This document shows positions 1 through 14,300 of a stretch of DNA of 64,000 nt, piece after piece. The DNA lies in the NCBI GenBank assembly GCA_040954595.2, contig CM082586.2, positions 4,533,125 to 4,597,124 on the forward strand, read 5' to 3'. Under the pieces are notes generated by a model. It was given only the letters and a program-made list of their open reading frames with translations. It did no database searches and had not been told where the DNA came from. The DNA comes from Balanoglossus misakiensis. Lineage: Eukaryota; Animalia; Hemichordata. A program made the translations under genes and the position numbers. Positions within the stretch are counted from its first letter, which is position 1. Each line of letters opens with the position of its first letter.

Positions 1-2965
1 TTTATGTGTTATTCACTTTCTGTAGAGTACATAGCAATGTAAAACCCATCAGAGAGACTTTTCTACCCTGTTGGCAGTCTCGAGGTCCTGCTTTGAAAAA
101 TTAAACTGCTATTTCGTGATATTTATGTTCCTTGCTTGCATGTTTGATCATCCAAAGTAATGTGAATGTTAAAAATTCTCTTCCTTATTTCACTGCCAAA
201 ATTCTATTCACTGATTATTGCTGCATTGTTGATCTCGATATTAAACTAATTTCATTGACAATTTCAAAAAAAAAACACCCCTGCCTTTATATTCTGGCTT
301 GAGATGAACCCAGACTGTCAACAGAGGAAAGAAAAGACTCATGATGGCCTTCTCTGTCAGGGTCAAGTCTATTATACTATAGTCACTATCTCTGAGATGT
401 TTTCATTGAATTCTGTAAATTATTTGTACATATATTTTTTGGGAAGATTTTGTATACTTTTGTCAGTGGAACTAATCCTGTTACAACTCCTGTATAAAAA
501 AATAGTAAGTTCAAATTCAATGTTGAGATTAATATTTTGTATATTCTGAATGATTTGTACCATATATCAAAGTATGACAGTTTTAATATACAGGATTGTG
601 GTGGATGAAATTAATAACTGCCAGTTTGTATTTCGTGTTTGTAGAATCTGTGCAATTCTCTGCTAAAGCTCCAGTAACTGCAAATTTGGGTTATTTTCTC
701 AGTATTTTTGTTTTGGATATCGACTGTGGTTTCTTGTTCTATGAGAGCTAAAGACTAAACATTTCATAAAGCTATCCAGAAATGAACAAGAACCTGGAGT
801 TGATACGTGGGAGAAAATTACTGAAGTTAGAGTTACTGGGGCTTTAAACTCAACGCTACATGATAACGCTAACAGAAGTAAGGTAGAGTTTGTAGTGTTT
901 ATCGTTTCTGCCATTCATCTTTTAAAATGGACAATTAATGTCTGTGAGTTTTGTTTTTACAATTTGTGATTTGTGGTAACAGCTATAGTCTCTGTAGCTA
1001 ATATAGTGAAGATTTCCCCACCATAATGAACCCAACCCAAATTATTATAATTTGTAAGAAACCTCATTGAATTTTGTATTTTTCAAATTTATTCTTTGCA
1101 TAATGTGTGTAAGAAACTAAATTGCCCTTGAGAATGCTCTTCACAATGGAGAAAAGGGGACTGTATAGTCATTTTCAATCATATATGATAATCATACTCA
1201 TTTTTTTTACATAGCAAAACTTTATTTAGCACCTGAAAGATGTGATACACATCTCTTCTGCTCATTCCAAAATACTGCCTTGCTTTCGAAATTTATTCCG
1301 GTTTTATAACTGCAGCATTGTCTTTGTCATTCATCTTTGTACAGGGCTGAGTTTCTTTAGTTTAATGTCATGTTTTACGTTGATAGAATTTACAATAATA
1401 GATTTTTTATGTGCACACTGAAAATCTTTCAGCATGTACGCACTCCAAGATGTGTATATATTTGGTACTAAATGTATACAGCCCACACTCATTTATGAAT
1501 CCTAGCACTGTCAGATTTTTGATAGGAATTTCACATTCCTTCATTTTAAAACTCATTTTGAATTACTCTAAGTTTTATATTCAAGTGGAGAAATCAATTT
1601 TTTAACTACTGTATTCCACTGTAATACTTTCCTTGTTGGCGGGGGTAATAGCGCCCACTAGTGTTAGATTACAAATATTCTTATTTCATTTCAAGTGCTT
1701 CTCACAAATTCAGCATTACATATAATTCCTGGTTTTAAAAGATGTACATAATATCACCAATGTGCATTCTCCATTGCATATTGGAAATTTGTGGACATAA
1801 AAAGAGATTTTGTTATAAATGTAACGTCTCTTCTGTTGGTGTAAAGTTCCCTGAATTATGTCTACTCCATTTTACATACATATATGTCTCTTCATGGATT
1901 CGATACACTTTCGAAATTCTTCCAATCTACTAATGGGCTACACTTGGGTTTCATACAAACATTTTTTCAATGAAAGACTACTCAATCAGGAACAGCAATC
2001 GAACAAATGAAACCACACACACAAACATGTTGAAACATTCATTTATTTCACTCTGAACAGACATTACAATCCTTGTCCGATCACTTAGTCTCTAAAAGAC
2101 CTGAAATAATTTTTTGCAGGAGTACTTTGGCCTAAACCTGCCATGTTTGTGGCAAGGAGGGGCAGGAATATTGTAAATAGGTTCGAATGGATTGATACAA
2201 ATAATACCACCTACTATATAAATAATTCGTACCAGTATTTTGATATCAGCTACTTGAACATATCCACATACATTACAGATCCAAGACTATCATTGCACTT
2301 GGTTACTAAAAAAAGACAACATTGGTCTCATATAATGTTCACACGTTTGCTAGCTTGAATCAATCAAGAACATAAAACACATAGCAGATGAAATTTTGCA
2401 TAACCCTATATGGCAGATATACAACAATTTACATAAATTAACTGGAATGTTGGAAAAATATTGAAAAATAATCTCTTGACAGGCCTGATTACAATGTGTG
2501 CTGATTGATAGACAAATAAATATAAATACTGGATAAAAATGTGGAGAATTTGCATTCTTGAGTTTTGACTACTATACAAAAATTGCATTGGTTGATGAAG
2601 GAAAATATTGCGCTGACTCCTAGGTACTACGGCATGAACTTCAAAGAATAAAACTAATCACTGTTTATGGAAGATAAAATTAAATAAAAATCTGACCACC
2701 TCATAAAATTGCATAGACTAAGGAAACTTTCTACAATGATATACGAGTGCGTGGCAGTGTTTGCTAATAGCTATGACTGTCTGACATGACCTAACTTTGC
2801 TCAGACCGAAGCACCAACAGACATCTCACATTATGTTATCTTGAAATGCATGCATACATGTACAAGGACATTTCTAACATGGATTGCACATTGCCCAAAG
2901 TTATACTGTTATTTCTTCAGTAATATAAGGTAACATTATACATAGGTACTCCAAACTCCAGACAT

Positions 2966-4381
2966 TCAGTCAAAGGTCAACAGAAGCTCCATATTATCTT
3001 GGCTATCACGTCTGTTCTCTTTGATGTCACTGTAATCATCGTTGGGCAGCGGGACCGATAGCGATCTACAGACAGACAACATTCAGTTTAATCATCTAGA
3101 CACTGTGATATGTCAGAGATGTCATAGTAAGAAGTTAGAAGTGGATAAAGCAGTACAATGTACATATCCACAATTCATGTTTTTACTTTAAATATTATCC
3201 AGAAAAAATGTGAGTAATGATGAAGCACTATATTTTCTTACCTTATCATGCCCACTGTTGGACTCCTCTCATTATCCGGAGATGGACTGCCAAAGTCAAT
3301 ACCAAAATCTTGGTCCAGTAACTCCCTAGCAAACTTCCCGATGTTGTAGGCAGGTAAGAGACCTCCTAGCTCACTTGGAAGGATCTCCTTATGGATGTGG
3401 CTGTGCAGTGTTGTCAAGTTGTTGCCATGGAGAAATATCTGCAGAGAATGGGGATATTGGTCAGTTTGGCTTTATACCTGTTGTTCATTGGTTTCACTTC
3501 CCCTGTGACTTTGATACTATCAAACACCATGAACTATTACCCATTAATATTATTCACATTACCTTCTGCTTAGTGCTTTGCTTCAGAAACGGTCGGCAGA
3601 TAGCAAACGCTGCCTCTACATACCACGGTTGGTTGACAAAATGAATTCCACCAAATCTGGCCGGAAAACAGTCCTGTTACAGTCGGAGAAAATAAAATGT
3701 TTGTAAAAAAAATTCAATACAAACAGGGCAGAGCAGATTGATTTCATTGAAATCAAAACTCGACTACCATCACCTGTTGACTGCTCTACCAAAGCCCTGA
3801 GGCATTTAGTGCCCTACCTGTAATCCTTCAATGGTGAGCTTCATAAGCCCGGGACTTAGGCGGGCAGCTTGCTTAAACGAGAACGCCGTCCAATCAACAA
3901 CAATCACAAATCCGTGCACCTGGGTCTCCCCATCCCGGATCAGATACTCCAGACTCAGCAGCATGGCCCGCAGGATGTGGATGTACGGATACCTCCACAC
4001 TTCCCAGTTGGCCGTGTTGATGACCAGGATCTTCCGGCCGAAGTGGTCCGTGTTGTCCAGCACCGCCGGAAAGCCGTCCATCAGCGCCTGGTACATCTCC
4101 GGGCTGGTGACCGTAAATCGATTGAAGATGGCCCGGTGCATCTGGCGATACTCGTAGTACTTGGCGTACAGCCTGAAAGCTTCGTAGGTATCAAACTTTC
4201 GAGCACGTAAAAAACGAAGAATGAAAGCATCGTCACTTCGGATGAACCTGATGTCCGGTCTCGTGGCGATCATGTCACGGACCGACTGAATGTCATCATC
4301 CCTGTTGGCAGGGTTTTCATTCAGTTCTTTCTGTGCTTTTAAAGCTGTTTCTGGAGTAAACTGTCCACACCAGTCAGCCAT
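2966..4381 (-). CDS. CLVS1/2: Clavesin-like CRAL-TRIO/Sec14 lipid-binding protein, 4 coding exons (4381-3818, 3673-3563, 3438-3242, 3065-2966)
   Basis: ORF 3806..4381 has the CRAL-TRIO N-terminal motif ([17 protein letters not shown]) and '[11 protein letters not shown]'. GT-AG splicing continues in frame to [44 protein letters not shown] and ...MELLLTFD*, matching vertebrate clavesins as I recall them. Probable non-coding upstream exon with donor near 4757-4762. Confidence 0.9.
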
Positions 4382-4591
4382 ACTTGCTCAAACTGCACAC
4401 TGAATCTTAGAAGTTGAATTTCTTCACTTTTCTCTGGAACATACTTGGTTCACATGAAGCCAGTTCCTCTGGAATGAGAATAGAACAACAAATCATTTTG
4501 ATTTTTCTATGGAAAAATTAATAATCAAGTGCTTAGCAAGCATTAATATGGATGCAAACATGTACAACTTGATGCAAAAATCTGTGGCTAA

Positions 4592-4662
4592 TTGAGTGAG
4601 TGAGTGAGTGAATGAGTGAATGAATGAATGAATGAATGAATATGAGTGAGTGAGTGAGTGAG
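4592..4662. repeat. Compound (GAGT)n/(GAAT)n tetranucleotide microsatellite
   Basis: gagtgagtgagt...gaatgaatgaat...gagtgagt read directly; lies in the 5' intron of the clavesin-like gene. Confidence 0.9.
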
Positions 4663-4769
4663 TTCCAAAAAATAAATTGGAAGTTGGGGCAAAATTCTTC
4701 GTTATAAAGTAATTTCTCTTCAAATATAAATACCCGTATTTGTAATGAGTAGTCTACTTACCTGGTAAA

Positions 4770-5282
4770 TAGCCAATATTTACACTGCAAATATTCCCCG
4801 CTGCCGTGCTACTGAAATATTGAAATTTGTCTTATTTCGTTGCTTCTGTTAATAATAATACTATCTTCTTTAGTATATAACGAGTTTTCACCATTGCTAT
4901 GCGTTTAAAATACCTCGGTGCGGGCTATAAATACGGCGATCGGTGACAGATGTACATTACATCTCTGCGGCTGGGTCTCCGTCACGGAGAAATGACGTCA
5001 TTGTTTAGGGACTTCCCTTCCGGGATCAAAGGTCATAGGATGTACATTTCGCTTGTCTCCGTCGCCGCCGGGGCCTGAAACCAGTGAACGTTGGTGGTTA
5101 CAGCTGTCGCTTTTAAAACAGCGAATCTGCAGGAAAATTACTGCATTTACGTTTCACCAATCAGTATTTCTGCATCTGTTGCAACGGTCGCTGTGCACAG
5201 AGATATTTCATAGACTTTTGCTTTCATTCCCGGCATTCAGCGTTTTCACTGATGATGGAGGGTGACCACTGACCAGGTGAGT
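4770..5282. promoter_or_regulatory. Putative bidirectional promoter between the two CRAL-TRIO genes, plus the 5'UTR exon of the + strand gene
   Basis: Local CpG-rich patch; perfect CRE TGACGTCA 4993-5000; DR1-like GGATCA-A-AGGTCA 5023-5035; outward-facing splice donors (- strand ~4760; + strand CAG|GTGAGT ~5276). Confidence 0.6.
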
Positions 5283-6319
5283 TTGTTCCCAGTCAAATTC
5301 CCGTCCCTCGTCAGGTTTTGGAGTTAAGATAGTTGAATTAGTCTAGCTGTAAACATTGTTTTAAAGCATGTTAATTCAATACACCTACTTGCATAGATAG
5401 AAATCATCGCGACGTTTACGAACTTGTACAGTAAACTAGCAACCCCCACCCGGGTTTAGGTTTGGGAGGGGCAGCCAAGTTTTTCGCCCAGACTGGCGCG
5501 AGACAGACATGCACGTTAACCAGGTGATGGTTAAAATTAGCGCTTACACAATATTACCACCGTCGCGTTTCTTCATTAACAGACAATCTAAATATTTTGT
5601 TTACATAACGATGCAGTGTTTATCAGTACTATGAAGTAGGGCGGGTCGATGGGATGGGCGGTTCCCTTGGATACATGAAATGAATGGGTCGCCACACCTG
5701 TCCGTTTCTCAGATATATTTCAGAAATACACGTCACGTGCCATATATATGACCATACTGAACGACAGATTGACATAAAAATAAATGTAGCAGTAGCTATT
5801 GTGTGTTTGTTTTGTTACACACGTTTTATTAATGCCTGTTTTGTCACTATATATTAAATCAAATTAATATGTTGTATTTCAGCAAGAGACCATGTACCTA
5901 TGCAAGGTTAAAAAAGTCAATGGTGTATAGAAATAGAATATGCTGCAATGCAATACTGTATTTTGCCTGACAAGCTGTTTTCCAAAAAAGTGTTGGTATT
6001 TCCTAATTTAAATGGCAACAGCTGGGATCTAGTACAAATGTTTTGTTTGGACATTCTATAAATGAAGATACATATAAAACTGGTTTGATTTAGGTCGCAA
6101 CTTCACTGTAACAGCAACTTAATGTGTTTTAGCTTTTACCATTTGCAAAATTACCTGTTATCCAGTTTAATCAGATTGTGCATAGTAATACATGCTTACC
6201 AACAGATAAGTCCAGTTGTAGGATAATTTACATGTAAAATTTACATGAAAACTGTCTAATCTGGAAAAATGTCGTTACCAAACATCTTTTACAGACCCTT
6301 TTAGTTACATAACCACATG

Positions 6320-6410
6320 TTAAAAGAACCTCTATAAACCGGACACCTCTGCAAAACCAAACAATTTCTTCAGTCCCTTTGGTGTTCGGTTTACACAGGT
6401 TTTACTGTAG
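6320..6410. mobile_element. Degenerate Tc1/mariner/pogo-type MITE fragment (related copy ~11001-11072)
   Basis: Shared 'ggacacctct ... ggtgt(t/c)c ... acaggttt(t/c)a(c/t)tg' core at two loci; this copy ends ACTG-TA, as expected for TA-targeting MITEs. Confidence 0.45.
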
Positions 6411-6575
6411 TATGCCTATGCACCTCAAAAACCAAAGTCTTTGTCATAGACAATGACATGTACACAGAGCATGTGCTCTTTTGACATCAGCTCTTCTTAT
6501 GTGACAGTTGTGGTATAAAATCTTCTCGTTGTCTTATCTCCAGCTTTTGTGAATTGTGGGGTTTGCGTTCCCACC

Positions 6576-8629
6576 ATGGCTTCCAATGAAGACAGAGAAC
6601 CAGAAGAGGACTTTGTGAGTTCCCTATCGCCGGAACTGCTGGCGAAAGCCGAGCGAGAACTCAACGAGAAAGCGCAGTGGAGGCAGCGCGACATCAACGC
6701 GCTGCGCGACATGCTCGACAAGCGACCTGACATTTACTTCCGGTCGGACAACGCCTTCCTCTTGCGCTTTCTACGAGCCAAGAAATTTGACTACGACCGT
6801 GCCTTCCAAATGCTGGTGAACTATTACGAAGTCCGCAAGGATTACCCAGACATTTATACCGAACTCTTACCGTCGAAGATTCAGCATGTATGGGAGGATA
6901 ATTTGCAAGGAGCGTTGCCATGTCCAGACAAAGATGGCCGACGCGTACTTCTTTTCAAACCAGGTGAGTCTGTGAATTCACAACGTGACAACCAATCATG
7001 CTTGATGTCCCAGCCAATATGCAAATTTGTGATTATGTAAAAAGTACATACGTAACAGTATATGATTTTTCATGAGCACTGGTGCATGCTGGGAATGTTG
7101 TGAGCCATAGCAACCAACATCCGATTCTTTCAGTGTCGCCTCAAGGTGCATGATCATCATATATTTCATCATATTTCTTCTCTCTCTCCATTACAGGGAA
7201 ATGGGACCCGTACAAGTATCCAATTGTAGATATCATCAAAGCCAATTTTCTGTCGCTGGAGAAACTACTAGAAGATGAAGAAACCCAGGTTAATGGCGTG
7301 GTTATCATGATCGATCTAAACGGGTTGAGTTTCTCCCACGCTACACACATTGGTCCAATATTCGCCAAAAAAGTCACCTCAATTTTTCAAGTGAGTATCA
7401 AAGCGTTTCTGAAACATTTCGTGATCGTCTCGTTCCTTTCAATGTGATAGGATACAGATACAACTGGAATTGTTTCAGTATCATACACCACTTTGGTATC
7501 TTCTGCCTGTAACCCTCACCTTTAAAGCTCCATCCATCTCTCTTTCTAGCCCTGTCTCTGGCTTAGAGAAGTCAATTTATTTATCCTTCAGCTTGATTCC
7601 ATTTTACAGGTAACATTCATGTCGCATCACATCAATATTCTATTTTTTATGTTTCATGACAGTAATTTGATGTGGATGTCAATAAGCTAAATTTTTTGGA
7701 AATTTTTCGGTATTTTTGCCCTTTAATCCTGTCTGTATGATAAGCACCATCATTTCACAAATTCACAGTAACAAGGAATATATCATGACAATATTTTTTA
7801 TGGTCTTTTGTGATGCCATGTCTGTGTAGGTGTTAATTAATTGTCATACGTGTAATTCCTCATTGTCAGTGCGTTGCATGTTGTGTCGTGGTTGTTGTTG
7901 TAACAGTATCGCACATAGCCCGACACTATTGTGGTTTGTCAGCGGACAACTATAAAATCCCTGTAACATTTGTGCATTGTGTCTGTACAATATAGGCCTA
8001 CTACGAAACATGGCTTTAAGAAAATGGCAAACATTTCAATATGGTCATCAATTTGCCTAATTTTGTGCCTTGTACTTGTATAATTATATAAAAAAAAACT
8101 TTTGTCTGTGTGTGTGTGCATCGAACACTATAAATCTTACTAATAATCAGCCTTGTTTTCTCAATTTCTCTTCTCCCAGAATGCAATGCCAGTCCGAATA
8201 AAAGGTGTCCATTATCTTCACGAGCCTAGAATATTTGAATGGCTCTTTGCTATAGTAAGACCATTCCTTAAAGAAAAACTTAAACAGAGGGTAAGTTTCA
8301 ATGCATCATGACATTGAGAATCAATTTTATCTGCACGATAATATGTGTGTAAAAAAATCTCATTTTTATCTCATCTTCGTCGTCTTGGTAACCAATAAGA
8401 TATGGTGATGTTTTCTCCTCTCCAGATTCACATCCACGGTTCCAACTACGATTCCCTCCACGAGTACATCCCGTCATCCGCACTTCCGTCAGAGTACGGC
8501 GGAAGTCTGCCGGAGTTCAGCAGCAAGGAGTGGATGGACTTCATGTTGCAGTTTGACGAGCAGTTCTTGGAAAGCGAGAAGTACGGCATCCTGGACGAAG
8601 AGATGAAAGACGTTGCTGAAGGAAAATGA
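6576..8629 (+). CDS. Alpha-tocopherol transfer protein-like (TTPA/TTPAL-like) CRAL-TRIO protein, 4 coding exons (6576-6963, 7197-7390, 8180-8290, 8426-8629)
   Basis: Kozak-type ccaccATGG at 6576; SDNAFLLRFLRAKKFDYDRA; KWDPYKYP...ETQVNGVVIMIDLNGLSFSHA; NAMPVRIKGVHYLHEP; IHIHGSNYDSLHEYIPSSALPSEYGG; all introns GT-AG and frame-consistent. Confidence 0.88.
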
Positions 8630-10414
8630 CTAGCGTCGTCAAGTTATTTTCCATCCGCCAGGTCATATTATTGTATTCCAGGTTCCTGAATACATACATA
8701 GGTGTGAAAAATGTGTGGCGTAGGGTGGGTGGAGACAGTTCTCACAGGATGTGAAATATTTTGTAAAAAGGAGATGCAGTTTTTGAAAATGTGAATGGTA
8801 AAAGCATCAGCAGAAAGGTCATTGCAGTTCTGAGGGTATATTTAACCATAACCTTGCAGAATTGTTATCGTAGAGATCGGTTTTCCTATCAGCTAGGGAA
8901 ATTCTAGTCTGTAAATGTCGGGTAGAAAACTTTCAAAAGTTTACTGGGGATCATCATCTGTTGAAATTACCAAATGGATTGGGAATTTGACTGGTTCTGT
9001 TTCTGTAGTGATGGTAAAACATGGCATCCATATTGGATAAATGAGATTGTATAGGAAGTCAAAAAACTTAGTATTAAAGAGATGTTAGTCTCTCCTAATT
9101 TACATATACCCATACATGGTTATAATTAGCATGTGGTGATGCACTGTTTTGTGTGGCCACCCCAGTGGAAATCTGTGATTGGTTAAACTTAGATCTATAC
9201 TTTCCATGGTATCTGTGATGTATGTGACGGTGTGTACCTTTAAATGTAAACTCAGGCTGGGCAGGATTGCTATGGTTACCTTTTCGGTTTTAATATTATT
9301 TCGTTGTTTTACGCAAACCTGCAGTATTCCTCTGAATGCTCAACCAGTTTCAACAAACAGTATTTACAGCACTCCAATGAATATACTGATACATGTACAA
9401 AGATAACAACTATAAAAGTTTTATTTGGTGATGAAAATTCCAAGTGTCCTTAGTCAAAACTTTTACCATTTGATGCGACAGTTCCACGTGGGGAGATTTT
9501 TTTTTTATGCATGGTGTAAATATCAGCTGTTGGAGTAACATGTTTATATTATTTCATGTACAAGATATAGTATGTGGAACTGACCAGAACCAAGTGACAT
9601 ACACTGTTTGATGCTTTACTTACATTTCATTGGTCAAGTGCAAATGTCTTAGTGATAAAGCTAATTTAGCTTGGCAGTACATGTATAGTAATTTTAGAAA
9701 AGCCATCAATTAGTTTAGTTATTTAATTTAATTTTAAACGTATTTATTCTGTTTATTTCCTGCTATTTATTTGCCTTTGGCAAGTTGCTTTACTGTAATG
9801 CTTACAGCATAACTTATACTATTGCATGTTTACAATTTACCGTCAGTGGAAGTGCTTATTGTATTCTGGATTCTTCATCCAACTTGTTAGCAAGTCTTAA
9901 GACCTGTAAAATTTATAGTCATGAAAATCAGAAACTATTTTAGGGGATGTAGGATTGATGTTTATATGTGGACATGAAATAGTAACCATCAAGAACTGTA
10001 TTTTGACATTATTTTAATTCGGTTGCAATTTATGTTATAAGGGAACTTCAGGGTATGAAAATAATGTATGCTTTACATTGAAAAAGATGGCGGAAATGTA
10101 AGAAAATGTAAATAATATGGCAATTTTTGAACCTGAGCTGTAGCTGTTGTACATTGTACGAATCATTATAACAATGTACATGTCACTGGTTATGATAAAA
10201 AAATGGAGATATGGTGAAAAATAAAGACAGAAATTTAGTTCCAGTGTTTAAATTGTCACATTTTGTCTTTGCAAGTACAGAAACTAGTGATAGATAACAT
10301 CATTTTTCCCAATCAATTTATTGTGCTTAAAAATTTCACAGCCCAAGAGACCAGTTGCAAAAAATTCTTATCTATTATCCGTACTCCTTTTTGAAAGGCA
10401 AGTTGACGGAAAAC

Positions 10415-11352
10415 TTAGTTTCCAACATCTTCACTGGCCGCTTTGAGTGAGTCTCGAAGCAATGAAATAAATCTATTGACGTCCGTGAAAGAGTTGTACA
10501 GCGGGGTTGGTGCCACGCGGATCACATTGGGTTGTCGCTTGTCACACTGCGGAAGAAGAGAAGAATAGAAATTTAATTGAGTTGGGAACGACAAGTTTGA
10601 TCAGCTGCAATAGTGAACGACAGGTCTGTATCGATCGTCTTACCACAATTCCTCGCTTTGCAAACTCCTTGAAGACCTCTTGCATCGGGATCGAAAACAC
10701 CAGGGACAGCTGGCAGCCCCTTTGCTTGGGGTCCGATGGCGTCAGGATCTCCACAGTCGGGTGTCTAGCATCATTTTCCGCTCCGCGCGAGATCGGCGAG
10801 GAAGACTTGGAGAAGTACGTCTTGACGAGCAACTCCAAGTAACCGGTCAAGAGGTACGATTTTTGTCTCAGTTCGGACATCGACGTCTGCATGAAAACCT
10901 AAAATTTTTTGAAGAGCAAAAATATACAGTGAAACAGTTTGCATATGGCTGATCAAAATAAAACTTGACATAATGAACAAAATTAAGTATAGCGGTTGTA
11001 CCCTGAAACTAATCTGGACACCTCTCTATTAAGGACTGATGCCAGAGGTGTCCTTAATATACAGGTTTCATTGGCACACTCATACCCATCGCTATAAACC
11101 TATATATACCATGATCATAGATATTTCTGGTGGTACTCACGTCCATACTTGCCAGCAATGTACACACTAACAATGGTGCTGGGTTGGAGATTCTGTAGCC
11201 GGCAGCGCCTGGTGCTAGAACCATCTCTACACAAAAACCAAAGCAAGTTTGTATGAATTCAAGGCAGCTAGACAGAAAATAGGTCAGTGTGATTAATGAT
11301 TGATTAATCGATTGATTGCCTGATTGGTTGATTGATTGACTGACTGACTGAC

Positions 11353-11388
<36 letters not shown>

Positions 11389-14300
11389 GGATTAACTCAG
11401 CTGATTGACCAGTGGGTCAGATGGTTACTTGCTTGACTGATTTACTGGTGCAAATGATTACAAAAGCAGTCTAGGCAACTTACGGTTATCCATGTTAAAT
11501 CTTGTCTTCATTTCATGACTCCACCACCCGAGAAACCTGGCGACACAAGAAACATGCGCAACACAAATCACTGTTAGTCCATTGTAGTCCATTCTTTGAG
11601 CACAACATGTACGATGATCAAAAAAGGATGATTAACCCTTTCACTACAGTGGCTCAGTCCAAATCCATTTTTTTCTATTCCAGAATACGATACAGAATTC
11701 TACAGATATACTAACTTTGGAAAGTCATTGTGAGCATGCTTTTCGTGGATGAACGCTCCAGCAATCCCACCAGCTCCAGAGTTCAGGTACTACAGAAGGA
11801 AAAGTGACAAATAGGAGACATTATGATGGGTCGGCGATAATCAGATAAGGACTCAGTGGCTGTACATGCGTGTGAGTAATGGCAGGAGCGAATTGGAATA
11901 GGGTGGGGGGGATATGAGTGTGTGTAGAGACAAGTGAAACATCATCTAACCTTGTAGGAACACCAACACGCAAAGTCCACATCCCAATCATGTAAAAGTA
12001 ATTCTACATTGCCAACAGCATGTGCCAGGTCGAAACCTGCATAGCAACCCTGCAACAGGAAAAAAATATATGATGAATAAAGATTGTGTCTGGTCTAAAT
12101 TCATTGTTTTCTATGGCAACGTTGGACCTCTATAAAGGAAACTGGGGGAGAAAGAATGAAACTAAAAAGCTGAATGACTCAAATTCAATGACGTCTGATC
12201 AACAGTGATGGCGCAGATCGCTTCAATATAAAGCCTACATCAAAGCTAATTCACACACTCAAAATTCAAATGGCTTTTTTTTAACCCTTTCACAACTATG
12301 GTCCAGTCCAAATTCATTGTTTTCTATGGTAACTTTGGACCTCTTAAGAGGGAACTGGGGGTGGAAGGGTTAAAGAGAGTACTGACTCCGGCATTACCTT
12401 CTTGTGAGCAGCCACTGTGATAGCCTGCATGTCAAACACTTGCCCTGTATAATACTGTACACCAGGGAATAACACAACTGCTATGCTATCTCCTTGTCTC
12501 TCTATAAGATCAACAATATCTTCATTTCGTAGTGTTTCTTCTCCCTATATAAAACACACAATGTAGTACCAAATTTTCTTATTTGTGAAAAATACAAACC
12601 AACACACACACATGAATATAGCAAATTTCCCCATAACCATCCTACTGTTGCCATGACCACACAAATCATGACCTCTACTGACATTACCTTTCTGGGTTCA
12701 GCTAACAGCAAACACTCTGCCGGGTCATAACCATGGAAACGCATCTGTGATTCCACCACGTACTGTGAAGAAACAAATTGCAAGTCATCATTCGTATGAA
12801 TATGTAACGTGATACATGTATGTATATATACACTGTCCAAATACAATACAATACAATACAATACAATACAACACAATACAATACAATACAATACAATACA
12901 ATACAATACAATACAATACAATACAATACAATACAATACAATACAATACAATACAATACAATACAATACAATACACAATTCCTACACTTACATGGTCTGA
13001 CGGAAATGCTTTGCTTTCGATCAGTATCTTGCATCTTTCTTTGGTCGGTCGGTAAAAAGATACCTGAATTAGAAAAACAAGTACTGGTTGTCATTATCAT
13101 TTCTGGTTGTGAAATTTTATGGGAATGGGATTTTATTTTTAGCAAAAATAACTAAAGTTAAATCAATGTGTTAACTAATTATTCCACAGAATTTTAATAG
13201 TACACCTGCAGGGTTTTACTGGATAATGGAGCCCTGCTTCAAATTTTGTTTGATTGGAAACTGAAGCACATCTGCATGTGTTATATTGTGTACGGGCAAA
13301 TACTGTGATAATTACAGCGTGCCTTCTAGTAAACTCAGGGTTCCTAACTGGCATCACATTTCATGATAATTTGCTATATGTTCAGGTTTTGTGTTCCCAA
13401 TACTGAAAATCTTTTTTTCTCCAGATACCGACTTACTAAGAGTAAATGGAGATTTACTGAGAGACCATTCATCACAGCAACTTCTTCAGTTTTTGCTCCT
13501 GTCAACAACAAAAGAGAATTATCAATTCAGATGAGCAACACATGAATCATCGGGCTACAAATTCAGATGAGTTTTTCCTACATTTAAAAAAAATGTAGGA
13601 ATGATTACACCAACCTAACTTACCTACAAGTTTAGCAGACTGACTTTGAACAACTTCGTCAGCCTGAGCCCAAGGTATCTCTCCTGCAAAGTGGCCCAAC
13701 ACGCCGCTGCAAGGTAAAACATGATTATCGTCAACTTAATACATTGTACAATATAAGTAAAATGATGTAGAACATTGAGACAACATCAATCACAGACCTA
13801 CTCCAGAAAAAACATCTCTAACACAGAGTATTGCAAAATTCTAGTAAAAAGTTTGGAAAATTTTAGTATTGTTGTTCAGATTTAACGTTTCGGTATAAAA
13901 CTACTCGCTTACAGTTTGCTCCATTTGTCCAACTCTCCATTGAGATACTTGGACGCGCCTTTTGGTTGTAAACCGAGAGAATTTCCACAGAAATAGACGG
14001 AGTCCGATTCTGGATCCACCAAGGACACATCCACTGCAAAAATACAGAACGATATGTATTTTATTTTTAGTGCTATTAACTGACGTTTTATTGTCGTCGA
14101 TCATCATATATTATTATGCACAGCTTATGCTGGGGTTAGATTTATTTAATTGTCACAGATAACTGCTGAGAAGCGCATTGTCAAGTACATGTCCTTCGGA
14201 AGGATGAGGAGATGGTTAGAGGGCTTCCCGCCGTGGTTTTATGAATTTCTACAATCAACTGCTACAATGGGAGAATGCATGTCTTTGATGGCATGGTGAA

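Noticed and set aside
1-2000. AT-rich segment with short ORFs
   Set aside because: No coding signal; probably the 3'UTR of a gene outside the window or intergenic DNA, which cannot be determined here
12502-13155. Several ORFs with CIVLY / NTIQY repeats
   Set aside because: Translations of the (CAATA)n microsatellite inside a KYNU intron
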